Assembly: GCA_965237955.1 (NCBI GenBank)
Contig: OZ250169.1
Span: 3,264,001 to 3,328,000, forward strand
Length of the DNA stretch: 64,000 bases
From: Candidatus Marinacidobacterales bacterium
GTDB taxonomy: Bacteria; Acidobacteriota; Vicinamibacteria; Marinacidobacterales; SMYC01
Direction: 5' to 3'
Shown here in pieces: positions 29,119-40,039 of this stretch. The translations under genes and the position numbers were made by a program. Numbering within the stretch: position 1 is the first letter of the stretch; every line of letters begins with the position of its first letter. The notes under the pieces were generated by a model. That model searched no databases. It had not been told where the DNA came from and was given only the letters and a program-made list of their open reading frames with translations.

Positions 29119-30735
29119 ATGCCGATCATGCGATCCATCAAGGTAGTCAATCTTCTGTTCTTGGTCTTGCTTCTGGGGGGGATGTTCGGTTGCGGCGGTA
29201 GCGACACGGCGAAGGAGACCACCCCCGACGCCGCCGGAACGGCCGAAGGCGATGGTCCTCCTCCGCGGTGGATCCTTGCCGCGACCGAGATGCCGCGCGG
29301 TCTCGTGCGAAACCAAGCGGGGACGGCCCCCGGTTACGTGCTCTTCAGCCAGTTCAGCGAGGACCTCACTTACCTCGTCGACGGCGAGGGCCAGGTGGTG
29401 CACACCTGGCAGAACGAAAAGGCGACGGGTTCTCACTACCTTCAGGACGACGGTCATCTGATCCGCCTGGAGCGGATGGCGGAGCCACCCAACTTCAAAG
29501 CAGGCGGTGTGTCCGGCTACTTACAAGAGCTTTCCTGGGACGGCGAGCTCCTATGGGAGTGGCACATGGGTGACGAAGAGCGAATGCTCCATCACGATAT
29601 CGAGCCACTTCCGAACGGCAACATCCTCGCGATCGCCTGGGAGCTGAAGACACCCGACGAGGCCCGGGCCGCCGGACGGCGGGTCGATCTCATTCCCGAA
29701 CAGGGAATCTGGTCCGAGTGGATCCTGGAGGTGGAGCCCTTGCCGCCGAACGATGCCCGCATCGTCTGGGAGTGGCACGTGTGGGACCACCTCGTCCAAA
29801 ACCACGACCCGGACGGCGCGCACTACGGCGTCCCCGCGGAGCATCCGCGGCGACTCGACGTCAACCCGGACGCCGAAGAGGCGGTGGTCGACGAAGAGAA
29901 GCTCGAACAGCTCCAAGCGCTCGGCTACGTGCCGGACGACGCCACCACCGAAGACATCCAATCGGACTTTCTGCACATGAATGCCATCGACTATCATCCG
30001 GGACTCGATCAGATCGTGCTCAGCGTGCCCGAAATCAGCGAGGTCTGGATCCTCGACCACTCGACCTCGAGCGAAGAGGCGAGAGGCTCATCGGGGGGCC
30101 GCTCTGGACACGGTGGTGACATTCTTTATCGTTGGGGTAATCCGAGAGTCTACGGCCGCGGCGATTCATCCGACCAGAAGCTCTTCTACGCGCATGAGGC
30201 GCTATGGATCCCGGAAGGCTGGCCCCACGCCGGCCATCTGACAGTGTTCAACAACGGCGGAGGACGTCCCGACGGCGACTACTCGTCGGTGCTCGAGTGG
30301 GCGCCCCCGATCGACGCGGACGGAAACTACACGCTGCCGGAGGGAGAAGCCTTTGGACCCGCCGACGTCGCCTGGAGCTACGAGGCGGCCGAGCGCGAGA
30401 GTTTCTTCGCACCGTTCGTTTCGGGTGCCCATCGTCTCGCGAACGGCAACACGTTCGTTTGCTCCGGTCCTCAGGGGCGCTTTTTCGAAGTGAGCGCGGA
30501 AGGGGAGGTCGTCTGGGAGTACAAAAACCCGTTCCACGGCGATGTGCAGGCGTGGATGCCGCCGGGCACAGAGCTATTCGCCTACGGCTCGTTCCGGGCG
30601 GCCAAGATTCCCCCGGATCATCCAGCGCTAGCCGGTCGGAGCCTTGCGCCTCTCGATCCACAGCCACAGACGTATGAGCCGCCGCCCGGACCTCCGCCGG
30701 GAAAAGCGCCGGCCGATGGAACGGAGTCGCCCTGA
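29119..30735 (+). CDS. Aryl-sulfate sulfotransferase (ASST) family lipoprotein
   Basis: Lipobox-like MFGC; HHDIEPLPNGN, WEWHVWDHL, HMNAIDY, YRWGNP, AHRLANGNT. Confidence 0.85.
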   Translation: MPIMRSIKVVNLLFLVLLLGGMFGCGGSDTAKETTPDAAGTAEGDGPPPRWILAATEMPRGLVRNQAGTAPGYVLFSQFSEDLTYLVDGEGQVVHTWQNEKATGSHYLQDDGHLIRLERMAEPPNFKAGGVSGYLQELSWDGELLWEWHMGDEERMLHHDIEPLPNGNILAIAWELKTPDEARAAGRRVDLIPEQGIWSEWILEVEPLPPNDARIVWEWHVWDHLVQNHDPDGAHYGVPAEHPRRLDVNPDAEEAVVDEEKLEQLQALGYVPDDATTEDIQSDFLHMNAIDYHPGLDQIVLSVPEISEVWILDHSTSSEEARGSSGGRSGHGGDILYRWGNPRVYGRGDSSDQKLFYAHEALWIPEGWPHAGHLTVFNNGGGRPDGDYSSVLEWAPPIDADGNYTLPEGEAFGPADVAWSYEAAERESFFAPFVSGAHRLANGNTFVCSGPQGRFFEVSAEGEVVWEYKNPFHGDVQAWMPPGTELFAYGSFRAAKIPPDHPALAGRSLAPLDPQPQTYEPPPGPPPGKAPADGTESP

Positions 30736-31153
30736 GCTCGACTTGATGCGGTGCGATCGAACGCGAAAGGCTTGCGCGTAGTGAAAGCGACCGGCGCAGG
30801 CCGGGTCAAGGCCGGCGAAGCCGCCGCGCTTTGCGCAGGGAGCCTTGATGCGGCCGAGCACCGTGGTTCGATGGTTGGGCGATGGCATCCGGTTTAATGA
30901 GAATGAGAGAGGTTTGCTTCCACCTATCCGCCTTGGATTCAGCGTTTCCACAGGGCTATCGATCCTAACGTCACTCGTTATTACGTGGAAAAATCTGAGG
31001 CTACCTTTGAACGATAGAGCCCAACAAGGTGACCCCAAAGCTGAGGAGGAACTCGAAGACGGCATCGGATTTCCCTACTTTGAACGTGCCGAGAGTGGCT
31101 GCCGTCGATGAGCGGCGTTGAAGTGATAGCGCTTCACCAACCCCTTGAAAAAA

Positions 31154-31193
31154 TGGCGCGCCTTGGGCGACGAACGCCCGACCTACAGATTCG
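31154..31193 (-). other. Degenerate 3' half of a tRNA (Arg-like); probable att-site scar
   Basis: Minus strand CGAATCTGTAGGTC-GGGCG-TTCGT-CGCCC-AAGGCGC-G-CCA: T-stem, shortened T-loop, acceptor strand and CCA; no 5' half. Confidence 0.6.
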
Positions 31194-31352
31194 GTATCAG
31201 ATGCGCCCTCTAAAGTGATGGAGATTCAACCACTTGGCGGATATGGTGCCAGCATGGTGCCAAGGAGACTGTGCGAATGACGAGCGACCGTAAGCTCCAC
31301 CCGTCCTCATCGCCATTCAAGATGCCTGAACCGGAGCTCACTCTTCTTTCAT

Positions 31353-32114
31353 TCACTTGCTTTTCTTCACGTGGGTCAAGCGAACGGGTTTCGTCGCGGC
31401 GTGCTCGAGCACGAGATGGTCTTTCTCTTTATCCCACTTGATCTCGACACCCACTCCGAGTGTTCCGTCGCCTTCTTCGGTCTTTTCATCAAGGCGAAGT
31501 TCGATAAACGTGAAGGTGTAGTCCATCGAGCGAGGGTTCTGCACCGCTTCCCAGAAACCGATGGGCCGATCTGTGGCCAGGCGGATGACGCGCTTGCCTT
31601 CGCCTCGGAACTCGCGAGCGTAATGGAGTCGGACGCTGGGCCACCGAGTGCGTCCGGCACCACTACCGGTAATCCGCATGTATCCGGTCTCTTTCTGTTT
31701 TTGCAGTGCCTTGAGAAGATCCTCGGGCTCTTTCTCTACCAGCGTTTCGATGAGATGGCGCCGCTCCTCGTCGGTGGTCCAGCGATTGATGGTGATGTGT
31801 ACGGTGGTGCTAGTCCCCTGTATCAGAACAAACTAGATAAAGCAGAGCTTGCCGAAACACTTCTAAGTGCATGAATCTTATGAATCTTATGGGCTGGCGA
31901 AAAGCCTAACTTTGTATAGTAATCAAAGATCCAGGGGGCTAGCGCCGAAGGCGACGTTACCCATCGCCATGGCACGCGCGCGGAAAGTCTCCTCGAACTT
32001 GTCCTTGTCGGCATCCTGAGCTGAGGCGGAGTGAACCAACAAAACCGTAATGAGAGCCACAGCCGAAGTGCCGATCATCGACCATCGGACCTGCCTTGCG
32101 TGTTTGGTATGCAT
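31353..32114 (-). pseudogene. Secreted conserved hypothetical protein interrupted by a MITE
   Basis: Removing 31814-31942 restores one frame ...GNVAFGASTTVHITINRWTTDEER...LATDRPIGFWE... Confidence 0.85.
31814..31938. mobile_element. 125-bp MITE with CTAG target-site duplication
   Basis: CTAG at 31810-31813 and 31939-31942; imperfect IR TCCCCTGTATC / GATCCAGGGGG; AT-rich, with internal ATGAATCTT tandem. Confidence 0.85.
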
Positions 32115-32612
32115 GGTTTTTACCTCTATCATTCAATTAAGACGCGGTGACTTCTGCGCTATCGATCGGTTTTCGAAAGCAACGCATTATAACTCCCAAG
32201 AAGGCCGATGCGCTCTTTGTTTTCACATCAAATATACAAGTTTGCTCGGAAGGCACACGGGTGGCTAGAGGTTGTCGTGGGCGGGGACGGGCTCGTCGGG
32301 AGGGTTATGGTTAGGGCCACGGCTGCAGGACGGACTGCAAGAAGTGGTAAGCGGGCTTCGGAGAAAATCCTCATTGACGATACCGATTCCGGTAGCATGA
32401 GCACGCGCATCCAACCCTTGACATTTTTGGTCGTCGCCGGTGCGGAACGCGCCAGGAGGAAGCCGAGGAGGTGTGCGCGTCGAATCGCTTCCCGCGGATC
32501 CGGTGCCGCGTCGGTTAGTCTCTGCGGATTTGGTGAACGCCTCTAGGAATCGAGCTTTCGGCGCCGCTCGTGTTTTTGAACACGACGAGATACAGCGCGA
32601 TAAAGTTCATGC

Positions 32613-34451
32613 TCACCACGCTATCCCGTAGTCTTCGCCTTGGTTGCTCGCGCCGCCCCACATCGTTCCGTGTTCCCAGTCGAAGAAAATGGCGTTGATG
32701 GGACCTGAGGTCCTCGCGCGAAAATCGAGCTCGTAGCCCATCGCCGACAATTCCTCCCGCACCCACGGAGGGATGGACTCATTGAGCCGCAAACGTCCTG
32801 GCTGCGATTCGTGGGCACCGAACGAGCTCTGCATCTGGTAGCTGTTGAAGTTCGCCGCTTCCACCGCCTCCTGGACGTTCATGCCGAACTCCACGACGTT
32901 CAGGAAGAACTGAAGCAGATTTTGATCCTGCGAATCGCCACCTTGCACTGCGAACGAGAGAAACGGTTTCCCGTCCTTGAGGGCGAGACTTGGTGTCAAG
33001 GTGGCGCGCGGGCGCTTTCCCGGCTCGAGGACGTTATAGGGGTTGATGCGCGGGTCGAGCACGAAGCTCTGCATCCGCTGGCTCATGCCGATGCCGGTCC
33101 GCCCGGCGATGCAGGCAGGGTTCCATCCGCCACTCGGTGTGACCGAGACCACCCAGCCTTCCTCGTCGGCGGCTTGAATGGAAGTCGTACCAGCGTAGAA
33201 GCCTTCCTCGAAAAGCTGTTCGTCTTCCTCCGTGGCCGGCGGTTTGCTCTTCCAGGCCTCGAGGTAGTCGAGGTAGGGATTCGTACCGCCTTGATGCGGG
33301 TAGGGATCCCCTGGCTTCGCGTCGACATCGTTCTTCTCCCAGTCGATGAGCTTTCTTCTTTCTGCCGCATACTCCTTCGAGAGCAGTCCTTCGATAGGCT
33401 CCTTGGGAGCGAAGTACGGATCGCCATAGTAGAAATCCCGGTCGGCGAAGGCGAGACTCATCGCCTGATAGAGCGCGTGTATGTAGCGGCTCGAGTTGTA
33501 GCCCATGGACTTCACGTCGATGCCTTCGAGGATGTTGAGCGTTTGATTCAACACCGGTCCCTGGACCCAATGAGTGAGCTTGTAGACTTCGATGTCTTTG
33601 TAGGTCGTCATGACCGGCTCTTCGATGTGGACTTTCCATTCGGCCAGGTCTTCCTTGGTGTGCAGCCCGCCCTGCTCTTGCGAGGCTCGGGTGAACTCCT
33701 CGGCGATGTCCCCCTGATAGAAGCGCTCGTAGGCAGCATAGATCGCTTCTTTGCGCGAGGCGCCTTCGGCGAGGGCTTTCTGCTCGGTCTCGACGAGCTT
33801 TTCGAGCGTTGCCTTCAAATCAGGCTGCCGGAAAACCTCGCCCGGGTAGGGAGCTTCCCTCTTCTCGCCCAGGTGCGTCAAAAAGGTGTCGCGTGAGTAG
33901 GGCCACTCCCGAATGCGATCCTTCTCCTGTTCTATCGCGTTCGCAAGCTGGGCTTCGATCGCGTAGCCCTCCGCCATTTCGATGGACGGGCCGAGAACGT
34001 CTCTCAAGCTCAAGGTGCCGTACTCGGCCAGCATCACCATGAGCCCTCCGGGGGTTCCTGGCGTCACGGCCGCGAGCGGACCGTGGGCGGGCGGATAGTC
34101 CATGCCCTTGCTCTTGAAGTATTCGGGCGTCGCACCCGTGGGGGCGACCCCGAGAGCGTTGATGCCGATGACCTTCTTTTCCCCAGGATGGTAGATGAGG
34201 GTCTGCGTCTCCCCGCCCCAGCTGAGCGCATCGTACATCGTGGCGGTGGCCCCGAGCATGGCGCACGCCGCGTCGACCGCGTTCCCACCCTTCTGGAACA
34301 TCATCGCGCCCGCGGTGGCGCCGAGAGGCTTTCCGGTGATGGCCACCCAGTGCCGGCCGTGCAGCACCGGTTTTTGAGTCCGCTGGGCCGCTACCGTCCC
34401 GGCGAGAGCTAGCAAGACCGCTGTGAGCCCAAAGAGCTTCCTCGAATACAT
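32613..34451 (-). CDS. ggt: Gamma-glutamyltransferase family protein
   Basis: GGNAVDAA, PGTPGG, FADRDFYYGD, catalytic TTSIQAAD, PGKRPRATLTP; signal peptide. Confidence 0.9.
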   Translation of the reverse strand: MYSRKLFGLTAVLLALAGTVAAQRTQKPVLHGRHWVAITGKPLGATAGAMMFQKGGNAVDAACAMLGATATMYDALSWGGETQTLIYHPGEKKVIGINALGVAPTGATPEYFKSKGMDYPPAHGPLAAVTPGTPGGLMVMLAEYGTLSLRDVLGPSIEMAEGYAIEAQLANAIEQEKDRIREWPYSRDTFLTHLGEKREAPYPGEVFRQPDLKATLEKLVETEQKALAEGASRKEAIYAAYERFYQGDIAEEFTRASQEQGGLHTKEDLAEWKVHIEEPVMTTYKDIEVYKLTHWVQGPVLNQTLNILEGIDVKSMGYNSSRYIHALYQAMSLAFADRDFYYGDPYFAPKEPIEGLLSKEYAAERRKLIDWEKNDVDAKPGDPYPHQGGTNPYLDYLEAWKSKPPATEEDEQLFEEGFYAGTTSIQAADEEGWVVSVTPSGGWNPACIAGRTGIGMSQRMQSFVLDPRINPYNVLEPGKRPRATLTPSLALKDGKPFLSFAVQGGDSQDQNLLQFFLNVVEFGMNVQEAVEAANFNSYQMQSSFGAHESQPGRLRLNESIPPWVREELSAMGYELDFRARTSGPINAIFFDWEHGTMWGGASNQGEDYGIAW

Positions 34452-34614
34452 CGCGTCCTCTTAACTACTAGGCTGCCTAGGGAGCGCATTTTCTCCCCAC
34501 TCGCGACGGGAGGCAAGTCTTGCTTCCACATCCAAGACAGCGAGCCCAACCGGCGCCAGCCTCCGTGATACTATTTTCGCCCATTCGCTTTCAGGTCTTA
34601 CAGGGAGCTCCGCC

Positions 34615-37047
34615 ATGACTCTCGCCTACCTCGCGTTCTCGGCTTTTCTAGTTGCCATCATCTCGAGCGCGCAAGAGCGCGTCACCTACCAGATGCCGCC
34701 TCGAGCCATCGCCGACATTGCTGATGCCGCGCCCACGCCCGGCGTCGTGCTCGATCCAACGAAACGATGGCTCCTCGTTCTCGAACGCGCGAGCCTCGGC
34801 TCGATCGGCGAGCTGTCCCAAGCAGAACATCGTCTCGCGGGTCTCAGGATCCATCCGGCAACGAACGCGAGGAGCCGTCGTCGCGTCGCGGAAACCGTCG
34901 CTCTCATTTCCGTGGCCGATGGTACGAAGCGCGCGGTGACCGGACTTCCCGAGAATCCACGAATCGATCACGCGGCGTTCTCACCCGACGGCGCTCGCGT
35001 CGCATTCACCCACACGACGAGCTCGGGGCTCGAGCTTTGGACGGTGGACGTCCTGTCCGCGCGTGCGACTCGTATCCTCGAAGGCGTCAACGGCGTGTTT
35101 CGGGACCGGCCACTCGAGTGGCTTTCGAGCGGCGGGCTCATCGTCAAAACCGTTCCCGACGAGCGGGGCGCGGCACCGGCGGCGCCGGCGGTTCCTCACG
35201 GGCCCATCGTTCAAGAGTCGAGCGGAGAACAATCGCCCGCACGGACGTACCAGGACCTTTTGAAGAGCGCGCACGACGAAGACCTCTTTGCCTATTACGG
35301 TGCCTCTCAGCTCGTCAGAGTCGATGCTGACGGGACCATCCACCGACTGGGCTCGCCCGCCATCATCTCGCGTTTCGCGCCGTCTCCGGATGGGTCGCTC
35401 GTTCTCATCGAAGAGCTCGAGGGGCCGTTCTCCTACCTCGTCCCCTACTACCGCTTCGGCACCGGCATCGTCGTGCGAGACACCTCGGGCGCGCTCGTGA
35501 AAGAAGTAGCGCGCTTGCCGCTCGCCGAAAATGTTCCCGTCGGGCGCAATGCCGTCCGCACTGGACGGCGCGAGCTCGGCTGGCGCGCCGACGCGGACGC
35601 GACCCTGTACTGGGTGGAAGCGATAGATGGAGGCGATCCACGCGCCGACGCGAAATACCGAGACGAGGTCTTCACGTGGCGCGCGCCGTTCGAAGGCGAT
35701 CCCGAGCCACTCGTGTAGCTCGGTTACCGCTTCGGCGACGTCTACTGGGGAGATGACGACGACGCGCTCGTCGAAGAGTGGTGGTGGAGCACGAGGCGAC
35801 GGCGGCTATGGAGTGTGAAGCCGGGTGCGAGCGACAGGCCGCCCGTCGGCGTGTTCGACTACTCCTACGAAGATCGCTACAACGCCCCGGGCTCACCGCT
35901 TCTGAAGCCGACGCTGCGGGGAACCTACGTGCTCTCGAGAGACACGGACGGAAGAATCTACTTGAGGGGCCAAGGTGCCTCTCCCGAAGGCAACCGCCCG
36001 TTCGTCGATGCTTTCGACGTTTCCAGTGGTGCGAGACAACGCCTGTTCCACTCGGAGGCTCCTTACTACGAGACCCCGATCACGTGGATCGACGCGGATG
36101 ACGGAACGCTTCTCACGCGGCGCGAGTCGCGAGACGACCCGCCCAACTTCTTCGTCCACGAGCTGAGCTCGAACTCCGCGCGCGCCCTTACGAGCTTCCC
36201 CCACCCGTATCCAGAGCTCAGGAGTGCAGGTCGTGAGCTCGTTCGCTACGAGCGCGACGACCGGGTGACGTTGACGGCAACGCTCTACACGCCGCCTGGA
36301 TGCGAGCCGAGTGACGGACCGTTGCCGATGCTCGTCTGGGCCTATCCGCGCGAGTACAAGAGCGCGAGCGCCGCCGCTCAAGTTCGAGATTCACCCTACC
36401 GTTTCGCCCGCGTTCGTTGGGGATCCCCTTTGTATTGGCTCACCCAAGGCTACGCGGTCATGGAAGGCGCGACGATGCCCATCGTCGGCGAAGGGGACGA
36501 TGAGCCGAACGACACCTACATCGCCCAGCTCGTCGCGAGCGCTCAGGCCGCGGTGGACGAAGCGGTTCGCCGCGGCATCGCTGAGCGTGACCGCGTCGCT
36601 ATCGGCGGGCACTCCTACGGCGCGTTCATGACTGCGAACCTGCTCGCGCACTCGGACATCTTCCGCGCGGGTATCGCTCGCAGCGGTGCTTACAACCGGA
36701 CGTTGACGCCTTTCGGCTTTCAATCCGAGCAGCGAACGTTCTGGGAAGCTCCGGAGATCTACTTTGCGATGTCGCCGTTCATGCACGCTCACAAAATCAA
36801 CGAGCCCATTCTCCTCACCCACGGCGAGCTCGACAATAACTCCGGGACGTTTCCAATCCAGAGCCGGCGGCTCTTTCACGCGCTCAAAGGACACGGCGCG
36901 ACAGCACGGCTCGTCATGTTGCCGTACGAGAGCCACGGGTACCGCGCGCGTGAATCGGTTATGCACACACTCTGGGAGATGGACGCGTGGCTCGAGAAGT
37001 ACGTGAAGAACGCGCCGCCACGTGGCTCCACCAGCAACGACAACTAG
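34615..37047 (+). pseudogene. S9 family (glutamyl endopeptidase-like) peptidase with an in-frame TAG at 35716-35718
   Basis: Both ORFs share one frame (...EPLV*LGYRFG...); GGHSYGAFM, DNNSGT, ESHGY triad motifs. Confidence 0.85.
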
Positions 37048-37065
37048 CGATCGCGGGGCCACGCC

Positions 37066-37650
37066 ATGACCGAGGACTCGCACGAACCGACCGACGTCAC
37101 CATGCTCCTCAACGCGTGGGGCGACGGTAAGCAGGACGCGCTCGACGAGCTGATGCCGCTCGTATACCAGGAGTTCTGCAAGTTGGCACGAAGCTACTTG
37201 CGCGCGGAGCGTCCCGAGCACACGTTGCAGCCGACGGCGCTCGTCAACGAAGCCTACCTGCGGCTCGTCGACCAGAAAAACGTCCGCTGGCAGAACCGGC
37301 GACACTTCTTCGGCATCGCTGCCCAGCTCATGCGTCGCATCCTCGTCGACCACGCGCGCAAGCGACAGTCGGAAAAGCGCGGAGGCGGCCAGGCGCTCAT
37401 TCCGTTCGAAGACGCGAAAGGAGTCCCCGCTAAAGCGCGGGATCTCGTCGCTCTCGATGACGCGTTGAACGATTTCGCGACCATCGACCCGCGCTCGGCG
37501 AAAATCGTCGAGCTCCGACAATTCGGCGGGTTGAGCATCGACGAGACCGCCGAGGTACTCGAGATCTCACCGGCCACGGTCAAGCGCGATTGGACCGTCG
37601 CAAAAGCTTGGCTCCGACGAGCGACCCTCAGTGGTCGGAAAGAATCATAG
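37066..37650 (+). CDS. ECF sigma-70 factor, TIGR02999/ECF43-like
   Basis: VTMLL...LMPLVY...HTLQPTALVNEAYLRL, MRRILVDHAR, TVKRDW..AKAWL. Confidence 0.9.
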   Translation: MTEDSHEPTDVTMLLNAWGDGKQDALDELMPLVYQEFCKLARSYLRAERPEHTLQPTALVNEAYLRLVDQKNVRWQNRRHFFGIAAQLMRRILVDHARKRQSEKRGGGQALIPFEDAKGVPAKARDLVALDDALNDFATIDPRSAKIVELRQFGGLSIDETAEVLEISPATVKRDWTVAKAWLRRATLSGRKES

Positions 37651-37660
37651 GGAGGCCATC

Positions 37661-38644
37661 GTGAAAACCCGGCGCCATTTCGTGAACGTCTCCTCCAAAA
37701 GCGCGTGCGCCGTCGGCGTGTCGTCCTTCGCGCTCGCCAAGAAAACGAAAGCGGTCACAGGCTTCGTCTACGACGACATCTATGAGCGGCATGTCCTGCA
37801 ACCCGATCACCCCGAATCACCCGAGCGGCTCAGGCGGATTCTTCTCGAGCTCGAGCGGCAAGGTCTCGATCAGGAGGTGAGGGCTATTCGTCGCGCTCGA
37901 GATCCGATGCCCAGCATCGAAAGCCACCACACCGCGCGCCACGTCGCGTCGATTCGGAAGCTACCGGTCACGGGAGAGGTCGCGGCCGCGGCGGTCGGCG
38001 GCGCGCTCGCGGCGGTTCGAGCCGTTGCCGACGGGGACGTCCGAACCGCATTCTGCGCGATCCGACCTCCCGGGCATCACGCGAACAACACCGGCCGGGA
38101 AGAGGGTTTTTGTTTCTACAGTACGGCCGCGATCGCCGCGAAGTACGCGCAGTCTCTCGGGTTCGAAAAGATTCTCGTCATCGACTGGGACTACCATCAC
38201 GGGAATGCGACTCAAAACGCGCTCTACGACGACCCCGCGGTCCTGTTCTTCTCGAGCCACGACTGGCAGGCCTATCCAGGAACGGGCGATCCTTCACGAA
38301 CGGGCGAAGATGAAGGAACGGGCTTCAATATCAACGTCCACCTCGACTGCGGCTCGAAGGACAAGGACATGCTCTCGGCGTGGGACAAGAAGCTTCTTCC
38401 CGCCGCGGCGAGATTCGAACCGGACTTCGTCATCATCTCGGCGGGCTTCGACAGCCGCAAGGACGATCTCCTCGGCTGTTTCGAAGTCACCGACGACGCA
38501 TTCACGTGGATGACACGCACCACCATGGACGTCGCCAACACTTACTGCGGCGGCCGGATCGTCTCGTTACTGGAAGGTGGCTACAACCTCGACGGCCTCG
38601 CCCAAGGCGTTGCCGCCCATGTCGGGGCACTCGTCCAAGTGTAG
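37661..38644 (+). CDS. Histone deacetylase family protein with a Tat-like N-terminus
   Basis: HPESPERL, RPPGHHA, GFC, DWDYHHGN, SAGFD, LEGGY; starts MKTRRHF. Confidence 0.88.
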   Translation: MKTRRHFVNVSSKSACAVGVSSFALAKKTKAVTGFVYDDIYERHVLQPDHPESPERLRRILLELERQGLDQEVRAIRRARDPMPSIESHHTARHVASIRKLPVTGEVAAAAVGGALAAVRAVADGDVRTAFCAIRPPGHHANNTGREEGFCFYSTAAIAAKYAQSLGFEKILVIDWDYHHGNATQNALYDDPAVLFFSSHDWQAYPGTGDPSRTGEDEGTGFNINVHLDCGSKDKDMLSAWDKKLLPAAARFEPDFVIISAGFDSRKDDLLGCFEVTDDAFTWMTRTTMDVANTYCGGRIVSLLEGGYNLDGLAQGVAAHVGALVQV

Positions 38645-38944
38645 TCAAACAGTGACGCAGGGCTCGCCGGAATCGTCGCCGACGCCGACGGCGCGAAGCG
38701 CCCACTGAAGTTTGACCGCGTCTTCGGACTGAACGCGAATGCCGTCCGCGTCCTGAGTGGAATATGCGTTGGCCAAGAGCTCGTGTGCCTTTTCGGCAAC
38801 ATCCGCGGATTTCTCTAGGAACTCGAGAACGCGCGGCACGTCGTTGCGAAATGCGGCGATAATCTCGTGGTCGGCAGAAGTGCTGTCGCCCGCGAGCTCT
38901 TTCAAGTGAGACACGATTTCGGAAACGGGTTTGACGTCACTCAC
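38645..38944 (-). CDS. Small hypothetical protein
   Basis: 99-aa helical ORF with an AAGGAG RBS upstream. Confidence 0.6.
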   Translation of the reverse strand: MSDVKPVSEIVSHLKELAGDSTSADHEIIAAFRNDVPRVLEFLEKSADVAEKAHELLANAYSTQDADGIRVQSEDAVKLQWALRAVGVGDDSGEPCVTV

Positions 38945-38998
38945 ACTCTCGCTCCTTCACTAGATGTCAGCACTGGAGGGATTATCTCAGATCCGACG

Positions 38999-39247
38999 CT
39001 ACTCAGTAGCGACGTCGATGGGCGCGTCTGGATAGACGACGTCCTCGAGCTCCATCTCCGACAAACGGAACCGTAGAAGCACGCCGCCGGGGGTCAGCGC
39101 CACGACGTGGTTACCCACGACGCGGGAGTCAAAGACCGCGTTGCGATTGAAGACGTGCTGGTAGCGGGCGGATAGACCTCGATCGATCGGAAGCCTCCCC
39201 TCGGTTTGAGGCATCAACACCGCGAGGAGGGCCGCTATGTACAGCAT
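38999..39247 (-). pseudogene. Probable N-terminal fragment of a secreted protein
   Basis: Signal-peptide-like start; ends abruptly after 82 aa. Confidence 0.35.
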
Positions 39248-39352
39248 GGCACCTATACCTGATCCTCGCGCCCAAAAGGCAGCTCGTCAAATTGAGCGGG
39301 AGGCTCGTGGTCCTTTTTCTCGTCTGCTATTGGCAGGAGGTAGAATGAGGAC

Positions 39353-39940
39353 ATGGCTAGAGCTGCCGAAGCCACCGGCGTGCGCCGATTCACCGTGGAC
39401 GAGTACCACCGCATGGTGGATGCGGGCATACTCCGTGAGGACGACCGGGTGGAGCTCATTTACGGGGTTATCCGCGAGATGAGCCCCAAGAACCGACCGC
39501 ACATTGTCGCGGCAACACGAGTGCTTCGCGTTTTGGATCGCGGCCTGGCTGGCCGCGCCGGCGTCTACATAGAAGCCCCCCTCGGTCTCGTGAAATTGGA
39601 CTCCGAGCCCGAGCCGGATATCGTAGTTAGCGACGACCCGGACGTAGAGAGCTATGGGACAGAGTCGTTCCGTCCTCTCCTCGTCATCGAAGTTGCGGAT
39701 TCCTCGCTCCGTTACGATCTGAGCTTGAAGTCCGAGCTCTACGCAAAAGCGGGAATCCCCGAATACTGGGTCGTGGATTTACCCAACCGTGTGCTCGTCG
39801 TCTTTCGCGATCCCGAAGGCGGCAGTTACCAGACGCGCACGACGCACGAGCCGGGCTCGCGCATCGCGCCGGTGTCGTGGCCCGATTTCGAGATCGACGT
39901 AGACTCGCTTTTTCCTTCTGAAGCCTCATCTTCTCCGTAA
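39353..39940 (+). CDS. Uma2 family endonuclease
   Basis: FTVDEYHRM, RVELI.G, EPEPD, LVIEVADSS, YAKAGIPEYWVVD. Confidence 0.92.
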   Translation: MARAAEATGVRRFTVDEYHRMVDAGILREDDRVELIYGVIREMSPKNRPHIVAATRVLRVLDRGLAGRAGVYIEAPLGLVKLDSEPEPDIVVSDDPDVESYGTESFRPLLVIEVADSSLRYDLSLKSELYAKAGIPEYWVVDLPNRVLVVFRDPEGGSYQTRTTHEPGSRIAPVSWPDFEIDVDSLFPSEASSSP

Positions 39941-40039
39941 ATTAGCTGGCGAATTTCTGCTCGCGGGCGCATGATCCCTGTCGAGTGTGTTCTCGCACTC
40001 GTCTTTTATTATAGGGTCATAGCGGGAAAGGAGATTCCA

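Noticed and set aside
31154-31193. Functional tRNA gene
   Set aside because: No D-arm or 5' acceptor strand, and the T-loop is two bases short.
35716-35718. In-frame TAG here and at 63320-63322 as stop-codon recoding or pyrrolysine
   Set aside because: TAG terminates many intact genes in the window, no pyl genes are seen, and nonsense mutation fits the general decay.
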